IMG/VR virus record: IMGVR_UViG_3300025364_000003
Span: 62,001 to 126,000 of that record
Strand: one strand, 5' to 3'
DNA length: 64,000 nucleotides
Shown: positions 26,534 through 34,303 of the stretch, one piece after another
Layout: each line of letters begins with the position of its first letter
How positions within the stretch are numbered: the stretch's first letter is position 1
Notes under the pieces: model-generated
Told to the model about the DNA's origin: nothing
The model's database searches: none
Seen by the model: only the letters and a program-made list of their open reading frames with translations
Position numbers and translations under genes: made by a program

Positions 26534-26815
26534 ATGACCTGGTACAGCAGCAAGCGAGCGACGACGGTTCTGGACGACGGTGAGGGGATGGAAGCGTGCG
26601 TCTACCACCGAACGAAGGTGGTCCGGTGGGGCCGAGGAACGGTGACGCTCAACTCTGGTGGACACGAGACGTACACCACCAAGAAGCGCATGAACGAGGT
26701 CTCTGAGGAGTACCGCCTGGGCTTCCGGGTCTTCCAGAAGGACCACCAGTGGTTCGTCAAGCTCCCCACGGGTTCGGTGGTGGAGTTCCGGGATGGGATG
26801 ACCTTTTCCTACTGA
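26534..26815 (+). CDS. Conserved-type phage hypothetical protein
   Basis: YH.T.VV...TLNSGG..T.TTK.RMN...FQKD..WFV motif; promoter and SD. Confidence 0.75.
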   Translation: MTWYSSKRATTVLDDGEGMEACVYHRTKVVRWGRGTVTLNSGGHETYTTKKRMNEVSEEYRLGFRVFQKDHQWFVKLPTGSVVEFRDGMTFSY

Positions 26816-26872
26816 CCCGAAAAAAAGAAAAAGGCGGTTCAGAAAATAACCGCCCCATGCTATAACAAGAAC

Positions 26873-27184
26873 ATAGGCAAGAGGCTAACCCAAGGAAGGC
26901 AGGGCCGCACCATTGGACAAGTGACACCTAGCTAGCTTCGTTGTTCTCGTCGAGCTAGTATTAGGACACCCGAGAGGGCCAGTAAAACAAGCCCCCATAA
27001 GTTACCTACCCCATTAGGGATGGCAGGGGGTGCAAGCGAGGACTCGGGGAGAGCCAAATGGCCTCGGCTCTCCCTTAAAGGAACCGGCCAAAGGTTATGG
27101 GTCTAAGTGCTAGGTAAAAGACCTGAGGCGGTGGGACGTTGAACGTCCCCGGAGAGCACTCAAGCTAGGGTCTGCCCAGTCTAC
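26873..27184 (+). ncRNA. Candidate ~310-nt structured ncRNA co-transcribed ahead of tRNA-Ala
   Basis: Promoter GG-TTCAGA-17-TATAAC but no ORF; 5'/3' end pairing and several strong internal stems. Confidence 0.6.
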
Positions 27185-27257
27185 GGGGTCGTAGCTCAAT
27201 TGGGAGAGCACCTGTTTTGCACGCAGGGGGTTGAGGGTTCAAGTCCCTCCGATTCCA
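27185..27257 (+). tRNA. trnA: tRNA-Ala(UGC)
   Basis: GGGGTCG/CGATTCC acceptor stem with G3:U70, loop TTTGCAC, GGTTCAAGTCC T-arm; no encoded CCA. Confidence 0.95.
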
Positions 27258-27401
27258 TTTAAGATGAACCTCAAAAAATTGATAATCGGTTCATAATCCT
27301 GACCAAGTCTGTGATTCTTAGAATCATGGAGGTTGAGGCTAGCTCCTAAAAAGCCTCCCAACAACCAACCAAGTTCACAGAGAAACCAAAGGAAACAAAT
27401 C

Positions 27402-27878
27402 ATGCCCAAGCTCACTTCCACCGGTCGCAAGCCCGCTCTCGATCTCACCGGCGTCGAGTCCCTTCTCGGTCGCTACTTCTCGGAGGACCAGCCCGGCGTC
27501 GAGGCCCTCGCCAGCGAGTTCGAGATCACCCCGGCCACCGTCCGCAAGTACCTCAAGCTCGCCCTCGGCAGCCTTCCCCGTGGCCGTGCGGCCCTGCTCC
27601 CCCGTGAGCCCCGCAACGTCAAGGTGCTCATGAACGGCATCTCGACCGAGGATCTTCTCGGTGCCGGCCGGGTCGAGCTTCTCCTGCGTCACCGTGAGGC
27701 CGGCGTCAGCCTGACCGCCCTCGCCAGCGAGTTCGGGATCAGTCGTGACCGGGTGACCAAGCTCGTCCGGGCCCACGAGCCGGAGAGCGAGCCGGAGGTC
27801 GCCGAGGCGTCGCCGGAGCCGGAGAGCGTCCAGGTGCCCGATTCGGAGCCGGTCTGCCTCGACGAGGCGGTGGCCTGA
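27402..27878 (+). CDS. Tandem-HTH protein with sigma4-like C-terminal HTH and acidic tail (paralog 2)
   Basis: STGRKPALDLTG, ATVRKYLK, LPRGRAAL.PRE, LLG.GRVELL, LTALASEFGISRDRV shared with 8215..8748. Confidence 0.8.
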   Translation: MPKLTSTGRKPALDLTGVESLLGRYFSEDQPGVEALASEFEITPATVRKYLKLALGSLPRGRAALLPREPRNVKVLMNGISTEDLLGAGRVELLLRHREAGVSLTALASEFGISRDRVTKLVRAHEPESEPEVAEASPEPESVQVPDSEPVCLDEAVA

Positions 27879-27907
27879 CACCAGCCAAGGTCTTAGCATT
27901 GGCCGTA

Positions 27908-27946
27908 GCCCCCTTCTCCCTGACCGGAGAAGGGGGTTTTTCTTTT
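27908..27946 (+). terminator. Intrinsic terminator
   Basis: GCCCCCTTCTCC/GGAGAAGGGGGT stem followed by TTTTCTTTT. Confidence 0.85.
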
Positions 27947-27987
27947 ATTCGGTACAAACCCAGTCTCGGATATGAGATATTAGAACC

Positions 27988-28560
27988 ATGACGAACGACA
28001 CGCAGAAGACGACGACCATTTCCCCTGACCCCGAGCCTCAGAATCTCACGACTCGGCTCATGTTTGAGGATAGTTGCAAGACTGTCCCCTGGCCTGCTCT
28101 GAGTCAGAGTCTTTCTGGGCTCCTTGAAAGGGACTTCATTCGGTTGGACGAGAAGTTGCATGCGAAGGGCTGGGATCTCCTGGGCGAGGGACGACATCGA
28201 ACCGGCTATTTTCACAAGAACGCCAATGGCGTTCTTAAGGTTTCCAGCAATGTTGCTGGCGTGAAAGCAAACCTGACCGAGCTGCACTATTCCAAGCTAG
28301 GCACCAAGATTTCTGTGACCTTGCCCTGGGCCGACTACAGGGTAGTAACCCTTCCCATTCCTCGGGTGCTGGGTCATCGACGAGTGGGACTGTTGTCGGT
28401 TCTTTGCGTCGAGCGAGTGCAACGAGTCTCGTACAGGGCTGCTAAAAATTTGGCCCAGAACCATCCTTGGATTGACGACGTGGATGAAGATGAAGATGGT
28501 CCCCAGGTTGGGTACACCAACGATGGACGGCTGGTCTGCTTTGACTGGTGTAACTTTTAG
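27988..28560 (+). CDS. Protein kinase-like fold protein (atypical)
   Basis: Gly loop LGEGRHR, VLKV, N..E, terminal GRLVCFDW; catalytic loop atypical. Confidence 0.5.
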   Translation: MTNDTQKTTTISPDPEPQNLTTRLMFEDSCKTVPWPALSQSLSGLLERDFIRLDEKLHAKGWDLLGEGRHRTGYFHKNANGVLKVSSNVAGVKANLTELHYSKLGTKISVTLPWADYRVVTLPIPRVLGHRRVGLLSVLCVERVQRVSYRAAKNLAQNHPWIDDVDEDEDGPQVGYTNDGRLVCFDWCNF

Positions 28561-28605
28561 AATATTCGGTTCACTAGGCTAGCGGATTTTGGTATATTAA
28601 AGACT

Positions 28606-29796
28606 ATGACGACGTTGGTACAGAAGTTCCTCCGTGAGCGCTCGCTGGCCGAGCTTGAGGCCGAGCACGGTGTCAAGGCTCGTGTGGCCGGGCACAAGTT
28701 CTCGCTCAACTACGATCAGATCGAGGCAAAGGACAGCGATCCGCTGGCACAGGAGTGCCGTGGCTTGATCCTGACGCCCGTTCAGGGTTCGATCGTGACG
28801 GAGGCTCCGCTTGGAGAGACCCGAATTCTGGCCCGTCCGTTCAACCGTTTCTTTAATCTGGGCCAGGAGGCTGCTGCCCCGGTCGACCTCGATCACCCGG
28901 AGACTTGTTTCTACGAGAAGATGGATGGAACGTTGACGATCCTCTACTTCGACGATGTTGTGGAGAAGTGGCATGTTGCCACCCGTGGGGTGCCGGAGGC
29001 CGATCTCCCGATCGATGGTTTCGGGCAGTACACCTTTCGGACGCTTTTCGAGCACGCCTGCCGTGATACCACTGGTCGTGACTTCAAGGATTTCGTTCGT
29101 TACTTGGATGTGCAGAGCACGTACATCTTCGAGCTGACGACGCCGATGAACCGTATCGTGGTTGATTATCAGGATTACAAGATCACCCTGTTGGGTGCTC
29201 GTGCCCGAGAGACCGGGGTGGAGTTTGATCCGGTGGACCTGGCACCGGTGCTTGAGGTGCCTCACGCTCCGGTGTACCGATTCGGCTCGTTGCAGGCAAT
29301 GGTGGATTTTGTGTCATCCCGTAACCCCCAGGACCACGAGGGCATCGTGGTTTGTGACCCCTCGTATCGTCGAATCAAGGTCAAGAACGCTGGCTATCTT
29401 GCCTTGAACAAGGTTCGGGACAGTGTGCTCAGTTCGCCCCGTGGGCTCGTGGAGTTGCTTCTTTTGGAGAAGCTCGACGATGCTCTGCCTCTGTTTCCTG
29501 ACCACGTTGTGGAGTGAGCTGAGAAGCTCCGAGATGCCTTCCGTGTACTGGTTCAGGATTTCCGCAAGGATTACCTAATCTGCCAAGAGGAGGCCGATCG
29601 GGGTTCCCCGGATGCACACCGCAAGTCTTTCGCTCTGGCGGTGCAGGCTCGGAAGCTTTGGATGGCTCCAATGATGGACGTGTACCAGGGCAAGGCTGAC
29701 GATCTTGTGAGCTGGATCAAGAGCCGGCGCCAGGTCGACGGTGGTTGGCCTAACAGCTTCTTGGATCAGGTTCTCCGGCAGCTAGAAAGCAAGTGA
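28606..29796 (+). pseudogene. T4 Rnl1-like RNA ligase interrupted by an in-frame TGA at 29515-29517
   Basis: ECRGL, FNRFFN, motif I YEKMDG, FEL, EGIVV, KVKN..Y; frame stays open 92 codons after the TGA to TGA 29794-29796. Confidence 0.8.
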
Positions 29797-29847
29797 ATAA
29801 GGTATAATGGGGTTCAAATCCGGGCCCCATTATTTTATAATAAAACC

Positions 29848-30021
29848 ATGATGAACCTGGATACGTCCAATATGGCTGACAGTCTCCAAAAGGATGTCCA
29901 GGCATTGCAGGGCCAAATTGAGGACGCCAGGCGGAACGTCGCCCGAGCCCAAGGGTGGGAAGAAGGCTACAGGGAAGGGCTGCGACAGGCTCTAGAACTG
30001 ATCAATATCACCTTGCGATAA
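29848..30021 (+). CDS. Small coiled-coil protein (57 aa, leaderless)
   Basis: GG-TTCAAA-17-TATAAT-6-ATG; WEEGYREG motif. Confidence 0.7.
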   Translation: MMNLDTSNMADSLQKDVQALQGQIEDARRNVARAQGWEEGYREGLRQALELINITLR

Positions 30022-30096
30022 ATCCAGAAAATCCCATAAAGGGTTTAAATCTCTCGTCGATTATCGTATATTCAAGAGTGTTGGGAGATCACGAGA

Positions 30097-30275
30097 TGGA
30101 AGCGAAGTCTGGCATGGTCGTTTACGCCGTCCACGTGTACATGGACTACGAGTACAACGACGTGATTTCGATCCACCTCACGGCCGAGGGTGCCGAAGCA
30201 AAGCGGGCCAAGGTTCAGAAGGACGAGCCGTGGCACCACGGGGTCTATGTCCGGGAGCGAAAGGTGGAACTGTGA
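30097..30275 (+). CDS. Small beta-beta-alpha family protein
   Basis: VYAVHV...VISIHLTAEGA; GGAGA SD. Confidence 0.6.
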
Positions 30276-30520
30276 AATACGTTCGACGAAAGTTCTTCCG
30301 GGAGTACCGTAAATACGGCCTTCCCTTCATGGCCGCCCAGCGGCTTGCCAGGCTTCGTGCCATTGGCGGTTTTGCCTGCGAGCTTCAGGCAGAACTCCAC
30401 AAGGAGGGTTTCGTGGTCGAAGTCTTGACCTTCTGTGACTGCTGCGGTCCCGAGGTCGTTCGCCTGCTCAAGGACGAAAAGACGTGGGATCTTCACTACT
30501 TCAGCCTCGCCCCCTGTTGA
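30272..30520 (+). CDS. Small protein with CDCC motif
   Basis: GTGA overlap with the upstream gene. Confidence 0.6.
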   Translation: MKYVRRKFFREYRKYGLPFMAAQRLARLRAIGGFACELQAELHKEGFVVEVLTFCDCCGPEVVRLLKDEKTWDLHYFSLAPC

Positions 30521-30578
30521 GCGAAAAAAAGTTCGCTATTAGGTTCAGAACCAAGGGCGAATAAGCTATATTCTAATC

Positions 30579-31469
30579 ATGGGCCGAGGGACGGCCCGAC
30601 CGGGAGTCAGGCCGGCGCAACCCAAGCACCTGACAGAAAGCAAAAAAATGGCCATTCGTTTTCGTCACATCAAGGTCAGCTCCACCATTTCTTACGAGCA
30701 GCGCCGTGAGATCGAGGAGCAGACGGGATCCAAGATCGGTTACCCCCGAATCCACCTGAGCAACCTCGACGACGAGGTCAAGCTCTCAATGAGCACCGGT
30801 CGGAACGAGTGCCTCGGGCTCTACTACATCGAAGAGGATGAGACGAGCCATGAGGGCCACGTGGTCGGGATCGAAGTCGATTACAACGTCCGCATCATGA
30901 GCGACGTTTGGGCCGATATCACCTATGCGGTGGTCTACGAGCCTACCCGTGAGCACACTGGCTGTCACTCCACCACGGTGGTGGATTACGCCACCATGGA
31001 AAAGGGACCGAAGGGGCCTTGTGGGATGTTCCGGCGTATCCAGATCGCCAACTCGGAATTTTCCGAGGCGATCAGCGAGATCACCCGTGCCGAGGTGGAC
31101 GCCGATCCGTGGCTTTTGGAGGTCTACGAGACGTGGAAGGCTGCCCAGAAGTACGCCAAGGCGCTTCAGAGCTACAACCGAAGCCAGGAGGACATTCAGC
31201 GCCACCGGCGGGCCGTCGAGCGTGACAAGTGGGTCCGTGTGACCCGTGGTCGCAAGGTCGCCCAGGGGACCGAGGGGATCGTGTTCTGGATCGGCGAGTC
31301 CCAGTATGGGGACAAGGTCGGAATCGCCCTCCCCAGGGAGGGTGGCACCTTCCGCAAGGAAAAGAAGACCGGACGTTACGGCAAGGTTTACGAGAGCTAC
31401 GCCGACGTGGCCTGGACCTACGCAAGGAACGTGGACGTGATCTCCGGCCCTGGTGGTCGGGTCCTCTGA
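30579..31469 (+). CDS. Hypothetical protein with C-terminal KOW/SH3-like segment (start 30579 or 30648)
   Basis: Own promoter; VRVTRGRKVAQGTEGIVFWIG...VGI. Confidence 0.8.
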   Translation: MGRGTARPGVRPAQPKHLTESKKMAIRFRHIKVSSTISYEQRREIEEQTGSKIGYPRIHLSNLDDEVKLSMSTGRNECLGLYYIEEDETSHEGHVVGIEVDYNVRIMSDVWADITYAVVYEPTREHTGCHSTTVVDYATMEKGPKGPCGMFRRIQIANSEFSEAISEITRAEVDADPWLLEVYETWKAAQKYAKALQSYNRSQEDIQRHRRAVERDKWVRVTRGRKVAQGTEGIVFWIGESQYGDKVGIALPREGGTFRKEKKTGRYGKVYESYADVAWTYARNVDVISGPGGRVL

Positions 31470-31475
31470 GAGGGG

Positions 31476-31501
31476 AAGGGGCCTCCGGGCCCCTTTTTTA
31501 T
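31476..31501 (+). terminator. Intrinsic terminator
   Basis: AAGGGGCC-TCCG-GGCCCCTT followed by TTTT. Confidence 0.85.
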
Positions 31502-31715
31502 TCCTATTCGGTTCACATTTTGTCTACCGTGGGCTATTCTAGTACCATGCTGAACAAGGAACCGAGGGCTGAGGATGTTCTAAAGCGAGTTTTGGCTCGT
31601 ATCGAGAAGAACACTCCCAAGTACCATCATCACCGAGATGTGAGTCGGACCTTGGATTCGATCTAGCAGATCCTACTTACGGAGCTTCGTTCTCTACAGA
31701 ATCGAGACTGATACC

Positions 31716-31946
31716 ATGTACAAGCCCCTGTCCTACCCTTCCCGTTTTGGGATGCACTGCACCTCTTGTGGGTCCCTCGTGGAAGCCTGCGAGCTTGCCA
31801 ATGGCTCCTTGGAGCAGTGTAAGGAGGATGCCAGCTTTCATATCGAAGAGTCGATCCGAAACGGGGACATAGACCATCCCATTCTAGGGACTGCCCATGA
31901 GATGCTCTGCGACACCATCCTGAGAGCCCGTTCACGGGCCCTGTAG
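31716..31946 (+). CDS. Small Cys/His protein
   Basis: HCTSCG...C...H. Confidence 0.6.
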   Translation: MYKPLSYPSRFGMHCTSCGSLVEACELANGSLEQCKEDASFHIEESIRNGDIDHPILGTAHEMLCDTILRARSRAL

Positions 31947-32035
31947 CCTCCTGGGAGGGCCAAAGTTTTTTCCCATAAGGGTTTAGACCTGGCCCTAAAT
32001 CTGTTATTCTAAAAACAATCGAGGGAGCACAAAAG

Positions 32036-32752
32036 ATGGATACCACGACTCAGGACCGAATCGCTCGCATGAAGGCTCGGAACGCCAAGCACAACCCGTG
32101 GGATCGCTGGTCCCCGTCGGAGCGTTCGATGTCGCTCCAGACCATGGGTGGTGCTCGTCCGATCAAGTGGACCACCGACGTCACCAAGGCGGGACAGGTC
32201 ACCGAGGACGGTTTCGTGTGGGCCTTCGCTGGTGGTCCGGTGGAGGGTACGCCGCAGGCTTCGGTCAAGAAGCGTGCCGATGGCAAGGTCGACGGTCGCT
32301 CCAAGGGTGTCCGCAAGTGCGGCAAGTGCGGGGAGTCCGGCCACAACGCTCGCACCTGTGGTCGCCAGCGCAAGTCGATCGCCAGCCTTCCGGCAAGCCT
32401 TCGCAAGCCGGTGGGCGAGTCCGAGCCGGCCAAGGGGCCAGAGTCTAAGCCGGTGCCGGACCAGATTTCGGCGGCAATGGGTCTTCCGGTGATCGAGCGT
32501 CCGACGAAGAGCACGCCCTCCGGCAAGGCTCCCAAGCCCCGCACCATGGCGGACCGTGAGTCGGCTCGTGGCGAGTCTCGGGCGAGCAGGAAGGGTTCTC
32601 GGAAGTGCGGCAAGTGTGGTCAGTCAGGTCACAACGCTCGGACCTGTAGCAAGGGTGGTGCCAAGCCCAAGGTCAAGCACTCTCGGGCTCGCCAGAACAC
32701 CTGTGGTCGCTGCGGTGGCAAGGGTCACAACGCTCGGACCTGTAATAAGTGA
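32036..32752 (+). CDS. Basic protein with three CCHC zinc knuckles
   Basis: CGKCGESGHNARTC, CGKCGQSGHNARTC and CGRCGGKGHNARTC (CX2CX4HX4C). Confidence 0.9.
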   Translation: MDTTTQDRIARMKARNAKHNPWDRWSPSERSMSLQTMGGARPIKWTTDVTKAGQVTEDGFVWAFAGGPVEGTPQASVKKRADGKVDGRSKGVRKCGKCGESGHNARTCGRQRKSIASLPASLRKPVGESEPAKGPESKPVPDQISAAMGLPVIERPTKSTPSGKAPKPRTMADRESARGESRASRKGSRKCGKCGQSGHNARTCSKGGAKPKVKHSRARQNTCGRCGGKGHNARTCNK

Positions 32753-32815
32753 AGGAATATCTGAATAACCGAAAATCGGTTCATAATCCCACCCTAGACT
32801 GGTATTCTTTAAACC

Positions 32816-33016
32816 ATGGACAAGCCGCTCACGAAGAACGACCAGATCAACATCTACCCCCTGATCGAGGACGGTGTCACCTACGGCTGGGCTGCCGAAA
32901 TCATGCTCTATCCCGGCGAAGAGTGTTCCTACCAGGACCGGGAGTGGCTCCGACTCGGCTACTTCTCCGACAAGGCCACCGCCCGCAAGCGGGCGCTTGA
33001 AGCAGTCAATGATTGA
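32816..33016 (+). CDS. Small protein (LGYFSDKATA motif, leaderless)
   Basis: GG-TTCATA-17-TATTCT-7-ATG. Confidence 0.75.
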   Translation: MDKPLTKNDQINIYPLIEDGVTYGWAAEIMLYPGEECSYQDREWLRLGYFSDKATARKRALEAVND

Positions 33017-33070
33017 CAGTGGAAGGGGAAACAAAAGGAAGAGCACAAAGAATTCAGCTCGTGTTATCAC

Positions 33071-33268
33071 GTGTGGTACGGCATCTGCCCCCATGAGGGC
33101 TGGGACATGCGCTGGTACTTCGTCCAGACCTATCAAACCGATGGGAATGCTATTGGCCGAGCCAGGAAGCTAGAAAAGGAAAGCAAGGCTGTCAGGGTCG
33201 TCCAGCACTGGTGGGATGGGAAGTCCTTCCAAGTCGAGGTAATTTACGAGAAAATGGGCAATACCTGA
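33071..33268 (+). CDS. Small hypothetical protein
   Basis: 65-aa ORF; start uncertain. Confidence 0.5.
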   Translation: MWYGICPHEGWDMRWYFVQTYQTDGNAIGRARKLEKESKAVRVVQHWWDGKSFQVEVIYEKMGNT

Positions 33269-33359
33269 ACATCCTAACAGGATAAGGAAAATAGGCGGCT
33301 AACCACATTTTTTCGATAATCGGTTCATAAAAGAGGTCTACTAGGGTATTCTCTTAACC

Positions 33360-33881
33360 ATGGACAACACGCACCACGGTGCCCCCAAGGGCACGCACAA
33401 GCTCTCCACCGCCGCCGTTCTCCCCTTCCTCCTCGCCGGTCGCTCGCTGGTGACCGTCCTGAATCGCACCACCGATGGTCACTACACCTACCGGATCCAG
33501 GCCCCCGGCAAGACCGCCAAGGAGCGCCGAAACGCCTCCATCCTCTTCGTGTCCGTTCTCACTGGACCGGACAACGGCGAGCGTGGCTCGTACACCTACA
33601 TCGGAATCCTCATCCGTCAGACCGGGGAGTTCAAGCTCACGGCGAAGAGTCGCCTTCCCAAGAGCAGCGCTTCTGTTGCCGGCTTCGACTGGCTCTGCCG
33701 TCAGGCTCGCCGGGAGAACCTCGACAGCTTCCCGCACGTGGAAGTCCGCCACCACAACGAGTGTGGCGCCTGCGCCCGAACCCTCACGGTCCCCGAGTCG
33801 ATCGACACCGGCCTCGGTCCAATCTGCGCCAAGCGCCTCGGCGCCCATTGGGCCAGGAACGACCAGCGCAAGGTCGCTTGA
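33360..33881 (+). CDS. DUF6011-domain protein (leaderless)
   Basis: C-terminal CGACARTLTVPESIDTGLGPICA; N-terminal TYRI..FVSVLTGPDN. Confidence 0.85.
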   Translation: MDNTHHGAPKGTHKLSTAAVLPFLLAGRSLVTVLNRTTDGHYTYRIQAPGKTAKERRNASILFVSVLTGPDNGERGSYTYIGILIRQTGEFKLTAKSRLPKSSASVAGFDWLCRQARRENLDSFPHVEVRHHNECGACARTLTVPESIDTGLGPICAKRLGAHWARNDQRKVA

Positions 33882-33975
33882 CCCAACATGGGGACCCCTA
33901 AGGGGTCCCCGCCCTTCAGGGCTTTTCTTTTGCTAATCGGTTCAAAAGGCAGTCCGGATCGGATATATTAGAACC

Positions 33976-34209
33976 ATGAGCACAACGACCTATCCCGCCG
34001 CCGAGTCCGCCGCCAAGGCCATGCAGCTTCCGGTCACCGTCTGCAAGGTGACCCGTAAGTTGTACAACAGGACGGTGCCTGCCCTCAACGAGGAGCTGGC
34101 CGCCTCCCTGATCGCTTCCGCCGGGTTCCCTTGCGGAACCCCGGCCCACGAGGCCGCCATGGGTGTCCTTCGGGCTCGGTTCGAGTCCTACCTTTACAAC
34201 AGTTTCTAA
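33976..34209 (+). CDS. Small hypothetical protein (leaderless)
   Basis: GG-TTCAAA-17-TATATT-6-ATG; flanked by GGGGACCCC/GGGGTCCCC hairpins. Confidence 0.75.
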   Translation: MSTTTYPAAESAAKAMQLPVTVCKVTRKLYNRTVPALNEELAASLIASAGFPCGTPAHEAAMGVLRARFESYLYNSF

Positions 34210-34303
34210 GGCCCAGGGGGTCCCCAAACGGGGACCCCAACCTTTCTCGAAAAAAATTGTCTAATAGGTTCATAAAAGGGTCCAGCTAGGGTAATATCAA
34301 AAT

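Noticed and set aside
28606-29796. Genome-wide TGA recoding (alternative genetic code)
   Set aside because: Many genes end at TGA followed at once by terminators or overlapping starts (e.g. 8748, 27878, 35023); there is no suppressor tRNA in the window
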